Assembly: GCA_000091205.1 (NCBI GenBank)
Contig: AP006487.2
Origin: Cyanidioschyzon merolae
Lineage: Eukaryota
Reading direction: 5' to 3' (one strand)
Length of the DNA stretch: 64,000 bases
Shown: one piece after another, positions 44,568-56,371 of the stretch
How the letters are laid out: each line of letters begins with the position of its first letter
Numbering within the stretch: the stretch's first letter is position 1
Made by a program: the position numbers and the translations under genes
Notes under the pieces: generated by a model
Databases searched by the model: none
Told to the model about the DNA's origin: nothing
Seen by the model: only the letters and a program-made list of their open reading frames with translations

Positions 44568-46133
44568 CAGTTTGCGTCCGGTCACGTAACGCACTCTCGA
44601 TGCAAAGCATTGGAAGAGGCATCCAGAAAAGCAGACGGAGAATCCTAAAACTCCGAATGGATACAAAGGCCCCTTATTTTTTTTCATTCCCAATATATCT
44701 TGGGTGCAGAGCTGGAGCAAATTTCGGAAACAGCCGCAAGGCAGGAACGCAGCGGTCAGTTTAGTGATGCTGCTGATTCTGACACGGGTGCAGACTCCCG
44801 CACTGACGCGACGCCAAACGCTTTCTCTTTAGCACAATTCCCAAGCGTCTACGTAGGCTTTGCGCAGCTTTTTTATAGCTGAGGGTAAGCTGTTAACCAC
44901 TTTGCGGTCGTGCATACTTCAGATTTGCTGCGAGCAGGCTCGGAAAGCTTCGCTTTCGTGGGAACGGCGCCACGTCATGACAGATTGCCATGTCAACAAT
45001 GATGATCCACGAATGCGTTGCGGGCGGTGATTCTTTGAACGCAGAGCAATTCGTAAACACAGCGACGGTCGGCAACGTTTTCTGAAATGGACATCTCCAG
45101 AATGCCACAAAGATCCATCACGAAATACAGAGCCTTAAACGGGATATCAGACGCAATGCGCAACCTGGACACTGCCGTTTCCAAGGTCGATGTCTCCGTT
45201 TCGAAACGCTAATGCAAAGCGATTTTAGCGTATCGGTAAACTGGAGGTCCATTAGCGGCCGCCGTGCAGAGGTACCAGGGGCCGCATGCGGCGCTTGCAA
45301 CCATAGCCACTCAAAATCTTTTCTGATCAGGTTGTTATTCTCGACGCGTCAACAAACAAAGCAAGACAAAAGCCCAAAGACGTCCTCGGCCGTGCAGTGT
45401 GGTGTCGTCATTCCCTTGGAGATGTCATAAGAAGCGATTGTACATGCGGCTGTTGAATTGTTTACGCAGCACGGGCAAAGCGCCGCTGGTTCAGCTGGAA
45501 TCTCTCACTGAAGAAGCACTACAGCCAGCATTTGACCGGGCGCTTAAAGCACATCGACAACGATCCGTATTGGCGCAACGCTGAGCAGCATACGGCGCAT
45601 CACGATGTGAGCGGGTGCAAACGCAGCATCCCGAGCTGCAGGCCATCCGTGCAGGCATGAATTCTGTCTCGCAAGGCCTGCGCACCCTACGTCACCCAGT
45701 GCTAAAGGCAAGCATGAAGCGACTGGTGTGTTGCTCGCGAACGCATCGGTATCGCGCATTACACCCGGTAGTCACCAGTGTAGGTGCATTGCGGGTGTGA
45801 ATCCCGCACCAAGTACGATTACATAGATATGCCTCGCCTAGTCCCATGGAGCAAGCGAGGTCATACCAGAGCGTGGATCTACCGCTACGATGTCCTTTGC
45901 GCGCAGTTGTTTCCGTCAGTCCGGGCTCCAATCTCGCAGAGAATGCCAAAATAGCTCTGTTGGGTATGTTACTGCTTGCTTCCGATCACGACGGAAACTG
46001 CTGTGAAAAAATTCCGCATGGGAGCCTTGACAGCCGCTCTCTGCGTTCTTCCACACTCAGCATACATCTTGTATCCAGCAAATCCATGACAAGCGCACAC
46101 TGCGTACGCAGGGCGCAGGGCTTCATGAATATT

Positions 46134-46715
46134 CTAGGGTGTATCCTCGTTAGCTGTCGAGGTGGAGTCAGTGCTGCTTGCTCCGATTCGCACCAAAGAC
46201 TCACGGAGCGGTCGCGAACGTAAATAATACAGTTTGTTCCGATTGTATTTTCGTTGTTCTAGAATGCGTGCACTCTGAATCCATGGCGAATACGCCATGA
46301 TAGAGTGCTCCACAGCGACACCGTCGTAGACGTTGCGAATAAGAAAACTCGAGTTCACACTCCGGTGTCGGGCGGCTATGCAGAGACCCACTAGCGTACG
46401 AAGTGGGGCGCCCGGATCCGTCATACTTGTACGAAGTTTGAGCTCCACAACGTCGCCCGCTTGGATGTTCCTGAGCAAGTCGCCGTGCCGCGCCTCGCCA
46501 CTGTTCACAAGCCGCGTGCACTCTTCCTGCTGCAGGGTTTGAAGCAGCGATTTGGCACGTTTGACAGGGTTCTTTCGTTTAGGATAGCGTGGGAGCGTGT
46601 TGTCAGGAGGCACATATGGGGCGTTATCTCGTAACCAGTTTGTCTCTGCGCTGGTCCGGTGTGGACGTCGGTAGCTCGCAAGCAAGGCGCGTGTCGCTCT
46701 GAGCAGTGTGTTCAT
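46134..46715 (-). CDS. Mitochondrial ribosomal protein bL19 (L19 family)
   Basis: RHRSVNSSFLIRNVYDGVAVEHSIMAYSPWIQSARILEQRKY matches the bL19 signature block. The N-terminal MNTLLRATRALLASYRR looks like a presequence. ATG verified at 46713-46715 (minus strand). Confidence 0.6.
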   Translation of the reverse strand: MNTLLRATRALLASYRRPHRTSAETNWLRDNAPYVPPDNTLPRYPKRKNPVKRAKSLLQTLQQEECTRLVNSGEARHGDLLRNIQAGDVVELKLRTSMTDPGAPLRTLVGLCIAARHRSVNSSFLIRNVYDGVAVEHSIMAYSPWIQSARILEQRKYNRNKLYYLRSRPLRESLVRIGASSTDSTSTANEDTP

Positions 46716-47633
46716 TTCCGCGCCAGCCGCGGCGAGAAAACCCCTCTCCTGGATCCCAGCACGGTTTGACTCGTCTATCTCACAGATTTCACTTCTCTGT
46801 ATCGTTTCTATGCAATAAAAGGCACCCAGAGGCAAGAGCCTGCGAAACTAAGGTTCGGTTAGACGTGTATCGACTGTACGAAGACATAGTTGCTCACGCA
46901 CGGCCGTCCTGCCGCATTGTACATAAAAATCCATTTCTATAGCAAAATAGATATAAAAAATCGTTTCGTACTAATTCCATTCGGTCCAGGGCGCGCTGCC
47001 TTGTTGGCCCTGCCCGGCAGGACCGCACCCGGGTCGCGCGAGATGCGCGCGTCACCGCGAGGGCCAGCGGCATCGCGCGCTGGACCACGGCCAGGGCGCT
47101 GCAGCGTCGTTGACTCTGGCTTCGCTGCGAGAGAGCCAAAAGGACACGCGATCGCGCTTGTGAAGCCAGCCAGTCGCCGCAAGCTGCCCATCTCGTGGCG
47201 GTCTCGGCACCAGCGCCGCCATGAAAACCGCCAGCAACAGTGCACACGTCCTACGGACACGACGCTGGCCAAAATGAGTTCGGAGCTCGATTCGGATCGG
47301 CAGATGACGCGTCGACAACGCTCGTGTGAAATCCGCCGCCATGCATTCTGTGGCTCTGATTCGCTCAAGAACAGCGCCGCAGGCTCACTCGCAGTTCTGT
47401 TGAGCGGCAGCGAGGTATCGAGATCAACAGATGCCGTCGATTGTCGAAAACAGAGGCCCGTCCGAGAGCATTTTGATAGATCCAGCCCAGCACAGGCTAG
47501 GTTTCACACGATCCTCCGCACGATCACAGAATTGCATTGGCTTTGTCGTTGTTATCGCTTGACAAGAAGAACGAGAGCCGCAAGTCTACGAAAGCTTTCG
47601 AACAAGTTGAATAGAAAACTGGACGAATACCCA

Positions 47634-48329
47634 ATGCACCGCACTTTGCTGATCTTTGCTTTCTTTGTGGCGATCTTCGCCGTGGCGAGTGGAGCACAGG
47701 CCTGGACTACAACGCCACCTCCGGTAGTGTACCAGCAGCAGTGCCACGAGGAGACTACCAAACAGCCGATCAAGCAGACATACACTGTGTACGAGAACCA
47801 GGAATACACGGTGTACGAGCAACAGAAATATGAGGTCAAGGTTCCAATCACCAAGTACAAGAACGTGACCTACTACGAGCCGGTGAAGGAGGTGCGCTAC
47901 AAGCAGTACGAGGTCAAAGTTCCGTACCAAGTGCAGAAGTTCAAGACGGAGACGTACTACGTGAAGGTGCCGTTCAAGGTTGTCAAATACAAGCTTGTGC
48001 CCTACACTGCATACAAGAACGTCTCCTACGAGGTGACTGAGTACCAGAAGGAGGAGCGTCAGAAGCAGATCCCGTACACGGTTACCGAGTACCGGACGGA
48101 GCAGAAGCAGCAGCCATACTACGTGACCATCCAGGAGCCGCATCAGAAACAGGTTGCATACACGGAGTACATCACCCAGCAGCGCACTCGGCAGATCCCA
48201 GTGAAGAAGGTGCGCAAGGTTCCAGTGCAGAAGACCCGCATCGAATACAAGATCATCAAGACCAACGTCTGCGTGAAGCAGCCTGTGAAGAAGACGCAGC
48301 AGCCCGTGAAGAAGAGCAGCTACTACTAA
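47634..48329 (+). CDS. Secreted low-complexity Tyr/Lys/Val/Gln-rich repetitive protein
   Basis: The signal peptide is MHRTLLIFAFFVAIFAVASGAQA. About 200 aa of degenerate repeats follow (YEVKVP, YYVKVPFKVVKYK, TEYQKEERQKQIPYTVTEY), then a C-terminal QPVKK. ATG verified at 47634. The ORF-track start at 46890 is a long non-coding read-through. Confidence 0.5.
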   Translation: MHRTLLIFAFFVAIFAVASGAQAWTTTPPPVVYQQQCHEETTKQPIKQTYTVYENQEYTVYEQQKYEVKVPITKYKNVTYYEPVKEVRYKQYEVKVPYQVQKFKTETYYVKVPFKVVKYKLVPYTAYKNVSYEVTEYQKEERQKQIPYTVTEYRTEQKQQPYYVTIQEPHQKQVAYTEYITQQRTRQIPVKKVRKVPVQKTRIEYKIIKTNVCVKQPVKKTQQPVKKSSYY

Positions 48330-48971
48330 GAGACAACTTGATGGTACGCGTTACGTTTGTTGTGATTTTGAAGATGGTTGGGGTCGATTTGGAGTGTGTT
48401 GGTCTCTGGGGCAGTGGCGGAGGAAAATACTACTTGCTCCACTAGTGCGTGTGCATGGGGTTTTGGCTTGGAACGTGTAAAGGGCGTATATCAGGTATTC
48501 GATTTTTTTGGCATCGTCAAAACATTTGGCGTTTACCAGCGACACGCGTGCTCCATTCTCTATCCATGGGAGCCTGCATGGCTTGCGCGCGAGCCAAAGC
48601 GTGCATGGTCATTTCCGCGAAGCGCGCGACGCTCACGACCTCGAGTGTGAGTCCCAGCGATGCGTAGACGCACGGCATCGGCATGGCGGTGCATCACTGG
48701 CAGGTGCCGCACCTGCCAGCAGCGGCGAAACGTGCTGATTCACTGCTCGAACGATGCATTCGATGCTCGCTGCGCGACGGAGTCGTGGCCGCGGTATGTG
48801 ATCTGGGCTTTATCCAGAGGGAACGCTGTGTCAATGCTGCCTTGGGCCCATCAGTTGCCCTGTGAACCACTTCGCCGGCAGCCTCTCCAGCAGCGGTCAA
48901 CAGCAGACAGTGCGACTTTTCCCGTCTGCACGATAACGAGACCAGAGCCCGGTACCAGCGGCACGTTTCCA

Positions 48972-50258
48972 TCAGCATTCCGACAACTCGAAGCGTTCTG
49001 TGCCAAAGTAGCGCTCCGCAAACCATCCGATACCCGGTACCACCAATCCCTGTTCGTTGACGCCGCGATCGACGGCGCTCACGACAAGGCGTACATTCGT
49101 CCATCCGTTGCCACATACCGCGGCGATAGCCTCGGGGCTGGCGATCAGCGACAGAACAATCATGTTACTTTGCATACACCCGATGCGTGCCAGATCCGTA
49201 AGCACCGTGTTTAACGTTGCACCAGTGTCCAGCACCGGAAGCAGAATAAGGAGTTTGCGACGCGCAACGCCTGGTGGATAGCGGTGAAACTCGATCATGC
49301 GATTTCCGTCTGCACTGGCGACGACAGCGACTTTTCCAATGCGAACCTCCCGGATGACTTCACGAACACCATGCTCCATGGCTTCACCCCCTGGGCTTAC
49401 GCTGATTGCCGCTATTCTGTTTGAGAACGAAAACCCCTGATAAACCTCACCTGTAGGTGTCGTGACTCGTTTCGTTTGAAACGGCAGCATGTTCAGGGCC
49501 TCCTCCACTAAAAGGCGAATCATTCGGTCGACATAGAAGATGAACTGGTCCCTGGAAGCATCACAACGGCGGAAGCACGTATGCAGGGCGCGAACCTGGC
49601 CTGTCAGCGGCATCTCATGCAGGTTTGTGTACAACCGATTGAGTCCACGCTGTTCAAGTTTTACCGCGATATGTTTCACCAGCAGGTCGATGGCAATGAC
49701 GTTCTCGACGCCGCGTTGTATAATGATGTCGGCAAGTCGTTTTTGTGGATTGATAAAGTTGTCCAGCGCTGGTTTCACAGTCTTCTCATACTGGGCAAGA
49801 ACGGACTCGACTGATCGACCGCGCTGAACAACATCACGTTGGATACGTCGACACAAGCATACATCCGCATCTTCGTCGACGAAAACCTTTAAATGCAGCA
49901 GCTCTCTGACTTTCTCATGATAAAACGTCAAGATTCCCTCCAGAATCAACACTTCTGTACCGCTGGGGAGCGTGATCTCCGGTCCACAGCGCTGGTGCGT
50001 CACGTAGTCGTAGCTCTGAAGGGACACGCTCTTGCCCAGCGCCAGCTCCTTGATCGCCGCAGCGCAGGACTCAAAGTCAAACGCATTTGGCGAATCAAAG
50101 TCGTACTCTAGCGGATCGCAACCCGGCGGTAGGCCGTGGTAGAACGAGTCCAAGCAGAGCAGCGCGCACTGGTGAGACCCGATCGCAGACACGATCCGCT
50201 CCACAACAGAGGATTTACCCGCAGCGGAGGGCCCTGCCACGCCAATAACAAAGAGCAT
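48972..50258 (-). CDS. Uridine kinase / uracil phosphoribosyltransferase-domain fusion protein (UCK-UPRT)
   Basis: The N-terminal part has the uridine kinase P-loop (FVIGVAGPSAAGKSS) plus LILEGIL and DVVQRGRSVESVLAQYEKTVKP. The C-terminal part has UPRT-like blocks (LLILLPVLDTGATL, VVPGIGWFAERYFGTE). ATG verified at 50256-50258 (minus strand). Confidence 0.8.
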   Translation of the reverse strand: MLFVIGVAGPSAAGKSSVVERIVSAIGSHQCALLCLDSFYHGLPPGCDPLEYDFDSPNAFDFESCAAAIKELALGKSVSLQSYDYVTHQRCGPEITLPSGTEVLILEGILTFYHEKVRELLHLKVFVDEDADVCLCRRIQRDVVQRGRSVESVLAQYEKTVKPALDNFINPQKRLADIIIQRGVENVIAIDLLVKHIAVKLEQRGLNRLYTNLHEMPLTGQVRALHTCFRRCDASRDQFIFYVDRMIRLLVEEALNMLPFQTKRVTTPTGEVYQGFSFSNRIAAISVSPGGEAMEHGVREVIREVRIGKVAVVASADGNRMIEFHRYPPGVARRKLLILLPVLDTGATLNTVLTDLARIGCMQSNMIVLSLIASPEAIAAVCGNGWTNVRLVVSAVDRGVNEQGLVVPGIGWFAERYFGTERFELSEC

Positions 50259-53183
50259 TTGGGCATGAAGGCCTGCAGATCTCGAGGCGGTCGCTGGTGC
50301 GGTAGCACTGCGAACCAGTGCTGCAGGGTGGAACGCTTCGCGCGCCCCGGCGTGCGACGCTAACGGTAGCGCAGAGGCGCTGCTCAGGCGGCGCTGTGCG
50401 ACTGTGTAAGTGTGCGCTTGCTATCTATAAATCTATATCTATATCTATATGGGAACGCAAAGATGCAGTCAGTGGAACCCAAAATTGTCCCATAACCATT
50501 TAAAATAACTGAATATCCACGTGCAGATATCTCCTGGCCTTTCCCGACCGGCGCCCTGCTGTCGGCTTTAGTTCCTCCTTGTGTATCTCGACCCTGAGAG
50601 GCTATTCCATAAAGTTCGATCGTGTCAGCTCCGTGGGTCCCGTCTTCTGCACTACGAATCTTCAACTATTACTTGCGGCATTGAAGTCGGGGTTTACGAA
50701 CTCCATACGTGTCTTGCCATTGGTTGTGCACATGAATGCGACGAGTCCTCGAACTCGTGCCTTGTGTGCAATTTGGGGCTCTGTCAGATCGTCCAGCTTT
50801 CCTACCTCCGAAGCGCTCCGCAGCTTTTCCTGCGTCTCGACACTCTCAAGTATGATCCCTAGTACATCCCTTAATATTCCGAAATGAACTCACTTCTCTA
50901 CGTCCCTAGGTGAGGACCTTACTGGATGTGTAGGACTCGCGGAGGAAAGACGACATGTGCCTCTGTGTGTCATCATGCTGAAATCTGCAGTGATTCACCC
51001 AGTGGAGCGATGATTACTTTTCACGATAGAAAACACTCCCTCAATTGGGTTGAACTGTGGAGCGTACATAGGAATGAAAAGCAGTACCAACTCAATAGAA
51101 TCGACAAAAGCTCGAACGCAAAAAGAATGGTTAAACACTAACTTGTCCAGTTGAAGGACGTTGCCAGACGTCGGGGGAAGAATAAAGCCCCATCAACTGA
51201 AAAACAAACCGACATCCCTGTGTTTCATATCCACTGTGACTTTTCAGGAACAATATAGTTGAAATTTCGGTGCAAGATGGCCGATGAATGACCTCGCCAT
51301 GTTTTTTTATTCAACTGTACCTCTGTGTTTTCAGGGCAATACGAACAAGAAGTTGAGAAACGGAGACGCTCGTGGTGGCTAGTATCGTCGCTTTTGGTTT
51401 CCGCTGGGTGTTCAACGGTTCGTTTTCTATCATTGGCTGCTAGCAGTCTATGACAATACAGGATTTTGGCGCAGAGCGCATCTACTTGTTTCTTTCAGTG
51501 TTCCTGAAACATCCGAGTACGGTGGTATGACGAATATGAAGGAGGAATACAATCCTCCTTCTACTATTCAGTAAAGAATTTGAATCTTTCAGGCAACTCT
51601 TTGACGATCTATAAGGTATACTACATCGTGATTTCGAACTCCTGTCCTACACCGCAGCTGTGATGGTACAGCATTGAGTTGAAATACTAGAAAAAGGAGC
51701 TGATTCGCCAACACCGGCATACACACTGCAGGTCATGAATATTCATACCCTTACCCAGGGCAGCCTTGGGATATTTTCCATGCAGTGGCTTCGGTTTTCT
51801 CTTTATTATATTCGGCATTAAACACGCCGGTCTCTTCCCTGTCTCTACCTCAGATGACACAAGTCGAGGGATGCTGGCGGCAGCGTTCGCGTCCCGATTT
51901 CGCTACTTTCTGCTGCTATCGACCCATTTGATGCACGGGCAGAAGTTGCAATTCATGCATCGATTGCAATGCTCGTCTTCTTATTGTACTGCGTCGGGGC
52001 TCCCTCCGCATCGACGACTGTATACAGTTGCCAGGTGTTCCCATATGCCCGCCTCATCTTCTCCAAAATCCGCTTTATGGCTCAAGAAGGCTGGCCTCAT
52101 CGCTCAGTGCATGCTGTTGCTAGGCGCAGAAGACTCACCTCGATGTACTCCCCCGTATACACGTTCGGCAGCATACCATATAAATATGGGCTTCTTCTAG
52201 AAGATCCCCTCGGCGAGTACGTCGCCCGCTGCACATGCAAGCACCTCGTGCCGCTTTCGATAAAACAGATGTGTTAGGCGATTTTGCCTACGATGGCACA
52301 AGTACCCGACGAGAAAATCCAGACTGGAGAACAAGCCCAGAATTTTCGATCCATCTACGTACCAGTCACGCAAAGCGATGACATGCACTCCACCGGAAGT
52401 GATTCCTAGCGTGTCTGAAGTCTGAGACCCGCCCCCTTTCCACATACCAACAGAAGAGAGCGGAGGCGCTGGAAGCGTATCACACGAGCGGGATCATGCT
52501 GCCGTCCAATGCCGTTTTATCTGCAGCCACAAAGAGATGGAGTTTGTCTTTCGACCGGAATCGATTCGTAGACGAGCGCTGTGCAGTGTACGTTCACCAT
52601 GAGCCTTGTAAATATGTCGTCGAGTGACGGCTTCGAGTCTTCGTTCTTCTTCAATCCAGCGGCGCGAATCGCTGCGCCAATGCGTTTCTTTGAAATGGGA
52701 AAATCGAAAACTTGAACAATGCATGATACGAGCCTGCTACGCATAAGGAATGAGGCACCACATCCGAAAACGTTCGGAAAATACATCTCAAGGCGGGAAC
52801 ACATCAAGCAGCGCAGAGTTCCTGTTTCATCCGTCACGGAGTTTCGACACACTGCGCTGTCATGGGTGCGCACCGGCCGCTGTTATTCCAAAATGCACAC
52901 AGGCGTTCCGAGCCGCAGCGCCGGCCCTGAGCCCTTTTGAAAGCTTGACAAGCGACCAGCGCTTCTGCACCTCGGGGAAACAGAAGCGCGGAACCTGGTA
53001 CCGTGCGCGTCGGTGGACGCAGCGCGTCCACAAGAGCCTGGTGGACGGCGGCGTTTCGTCGAGTTTGCAGGACGGGAAGCTCCTGGGTCCTGCCTATGGG
53101 AGCCAGGCACCTGACCTGTGCTACTAGCTCGGTACGTGTGTTGTTCAGGTTTCCTGTAGCGGCGAATCGCGTACCTGCTGGCC

Positions 53184-54317
53184 ATGCGACACCACGGTAA
53201 GGAGTGGAGGTTGAGGTACGAATGGCAGCCGGTGCACCGAGCTGAACGACACGTAGTCGCGAACCGTTGGCTCTGGTTGCGTACTCGAAAGATTGCGTTT
53301 CTCGTGCTACTACTTCCACTACTTGTAATGCTTTACTCTGTTTCGCCCAAGGCGCCGCTTCAAAGACACAGCGCTTCCACACTGACGAGCTACACGAGAA
53401 CACACCGTGCTGACGAGGTTTGGCCAACACCCGCGCCAGGCGAGGATTCCACCGGGGAGGGTATCACGCTCATCACCAGCGTGCCTGCGAGCGGTGCTTG
53501 GCGCCATGCCGGGCGGTTGAGCGACGTATTTCAAGAAGCAATCTCAAGCTGGCTGCGCTTCGCTTCTCGCATCGTCTTGATCGCTGATCGCGCCGACTTC
53601 TGTCACGACTTAGCGACCAGCCTCCCGAAGCATGTTCTTTGTGTGACGCATCGTTGCTCGGGCGCCCGTGGTATCCCCATCGTTCCTTGTCTCGTAGCTA
53701 CCGGTCTTGCAAACACGAACACTGAGGTTATCATGTACACAAACTTCGATATTGCGTTTTCGGGGTTGGTAAGGGAATTAATTCAAGCGGCGAGGCAGCA
53801 GATGGGTTCCTTTGCTGTATTCGGCCGTCGATACGACCGGAACTTGTCTCCAGGAGCGTCCGATAACGAGGAGCTGCACGCTGCTTGGGGTCTCGATTAC
53901 TTCATCTGCAGGAAGCAGGACTTTCCTGTACAAAGTATGCCACCATTTGTTATTGGCAATTGGCGCTGGGACAACTGGCTGGCTGACTATTTTATTCGGC
54001 ATCCGCAGATTGCCGACATCGACGCGACTGCCGTGATTCGGGCTTTGCATCTGAGCGGCGCGCCGCACGTGCCTGCTGCAGAACGGGATGGTGCGGTCTA
54101 CAACGAAGGTTTAGTACCGCGCGTGGACTCTGGGGATTTTCGTGACCTAGGGCGCAGCGACAATTCCAACTGGATTGCCTATGCGTATCCGACTGCGTTT
54201 GTTTTTTGTCATCGACGCCCTGATCCTGTTACACTAGCACAATTCTGTCGGGTGACTCGACGCGATCGCGACTGTGAGTCAAGACAGTATCTTGGTGACC
54301 TTCGAGTGACCGCCTGA
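53184..54317 (+). CDS. Hypothetical type II membrane protein, possibly glycosyltransferase-like
   Basis: A single N-terminal TM (IAFLVLLLPLLVMLYSV) is followed by a globular domain (IMYTNFDIAFSGLVRELIQAARQQ...WGLDYFICRKQDF...FVIGNWRWDNWLADYF). There is no confident family assignment. ATG verified at 53184. Confidence 0.3.
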   Translation: MRHHGKEWRLRYEWQPVHRAERHVVANRWLWLRTRKIAFLVLLLPLLVMLYSVSPKAPLQRHSASTLTSYTRTHRADEVWPTPAPGEDSTGEGITLITSVPASGAWRHAGRLSDVFQEAISSWLRFASRIVLIADRADFCHDLATSLPKHVLCVTHRCSGARGIPIVPCLVATGLANTNTEVIMYTNFDIAFSGLVRELIQAARQQMGSFAVFGRRYDRNLSPGASDNEELHAAWGLDYFICRKQDFPVQSMPPFVIGNWRWDNWLADYFIRHPQIADIDATAVIRALHLSGAPHVPAAERDGAVYNEGLVPRVDSGDFRDLGRSDNSNWIAYAYPTAFVFCHRRPDPVTLAQFCRVTRRDRDCESRQYLGDLRVTA

Positions 54318-54737
54318 CCCTATTCGCGATCAGCGTAGATTCGGATGCGAAGACAGGTCGTCGCCAATGCGACTCGCCCTCTATCCGACGCCGGCTAACG
54401 TATCGGAAAGCCGTGCTGTCTCTGTATGGTGTCGGCATCGGAGCTTCCGGCGCTGTGCTGGTGGCTCACTGCAGACTCCGCACTCGGAGTATCTTATGAA
54501 CGATCGATCTTCTCTTGAGGGAAGTTTTGGTGGTGGTTCCCGCAACGCGCAATTCTTGTGTAAAATCATGGCTGCTTCAATAGATGCATATAACCTTCGC
54601 CCACATTGGTATGATTCGCTAGTTTCCACGATCCTACACAATAGAAAGACCAATCTGAACAGCGGCAGATCGATCACAACAAACTGCGTTTCCACCAGAC
54701 CTAGATGAAACGCGTCCGCTCAGCTGTCTCGGAGACG

Positions 54738-55856
54738 TATCCTTAAGTTAAGGTCTCTTATGATTGTCCTTATCGAGACCAGCCTTTGAGGGCATTTTAT
54801 GCGACTGTATCCTTTCTGGTGCTCTTATCTCCGGTTTCAATACGCCGGACGCTTCTTTCCCTGCAGCTCCGTTGCAGACCGTCGAAGCCTGTGGGGTGCA
54901 GCCGGAACGTCCTTATTTCGCTCTGCATGGCTATTGTCGATGCGGTTCGTGTACGGGTGGAAGCTGCGCCTTGCGGTTCGTTTGCAACATGATCCTCTTC
55001 CTAAACAGCTTCCGCGTGTTCTTCGCAGCGTTTGCTTGTAGCAGATCTCGAGTTTTATAATGTGACCATTAGTATCTCCTCCATACACTGCACTGCGACG
55101 CCTAGAGGCTCGCTTTGCTGGCGTGTACGTGCCCTTGACGTGCTCGGGAGACGTCGCTCGATACCCTCCTCCGTTTCCGCGCCCGGTGCCGTACTCGCCG
55201 TTCACGAGCATCGTCTAGGAGGTTCCCTCGACGAGGGCGCTGTCAGCTGCATGTGCAAGCGCGCACTGCTGCCTTCAGAGGAGGTTTTTCGGAACGCGAT
55301 GTTCGCTGTGATGAAATACGTACCTGAAGAGAAAGTCAGGCTGGAGAAGAAGCTGAGAGATCTCGATCCGTGTACATCCCTGACCCGCGCAGAGCGGTAC
55401 CGGACTCTGCACTACAAGCGATACCTGCGATGATGCAGTTGCAAACGCATGACCCGCTTTGGTGCAAATAGGAGACACACGGGAGCCTCCGGGAGCATAC
55501 CCCCATGAGAGGTATCAAGCTGCTACCGAGTGCTGCTTCGTCGATTGCCTCAAACGTAGGATTGCCTGTCTTTCGATGTAAATAGGATGTTTCCTGTGAG
55601 GGATTCAGTTCTGTCTCGAAAAGGGCCGCAGATCGTGCCGCCAATTGGCATCATCGAGCCTGTTTTGCCCGTCATTGCACCAGCACGAATAGCAGTGTCC
55701 ATGAGCTCCCTCGGAGCGGAAACTTCAAAAACTTGAAGCATGCGTGATTCGCGCAAGCTCTGTATGAGGAAACGAGGCGTATGGGTGACTGTACGTAGGA
55801 ATTGTCGGGATGGTATCGATAATGTAAGAAACCTCTGTTCGCGGGCGTGACGATTC
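54738..55856. repeat. 1.1-kb dispersed direct repeat R, copy B
   Basis: Same orientation as copy A, lying 11.3 kb downstream. Similarity starts at cgtat(a/c)(t/c)cttaa and ends at gcgggcgt(a/g)acga. Confidence 0.9.
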
Positions 55857-56371
55857 CCAACCGAAAAAGTGCATCGGAGAAGCCCCTCTACAAAAAACTA
55901 CCCATAGCGCCAAGACCCACGCACAAAAGATCCCAACTCATAATCACTACATCTCTAATCTCGAGGCCTTGTCGCCCCTAATCCCTGTAGAAATATCGAA
56001 AAGCACAACCTGATCGAGCAGTTCCCTATTCCGTGTTCACCGAACGCTGGTTCAGAGACACACCCCCGAGGTCGCTCATGTCGCGCCTCGCAGCGCGACG
56101 CTCGCCCGATGCGCGATCCCGCTGCCGCTCGCCGACGTCTCGTAGGGGGCGTCGACGGGGTTGCGGCACTGCTCAGCGTCAGACTGCCGAAAAGGCCGAA
56201 GCACATACACGACCTATGTTTTTGCTGCCTAGTGGAACGCTCGAGACGGTGTTTTGTGGTAGGCGAGCGTATACTTCGCGTCCGAAACGCTTTTTTTCTT
56301 TGAAGGCTGTGGAAGCGTCCGGTCAGGAAACGGCCTCGAGTTCAAGTGCTGCGGGCGAGCGTGCACAAGCC

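Noticed and set aside
46890-47633. Upstream 248 aa of the 479-aa ORF fused to the secreted repeat protein
   Set aside because: The translation is Arg/Ala/Ser/Pro-rich GC artefact. A strong signal peptide begins at the internal ATG 47634, which is the credible start.
43448-55856. R direct repeats interpreted as LTRs of an LTR retrotransposon
   Set aside because: The 10-kb interior encodes ordinary host genes (bL19, UK-UPRT and others). It has no gag/pol, no PBS/PPT signals and no visible TSD. Segmental duplication or a dispersed repeat is more parsimonious.
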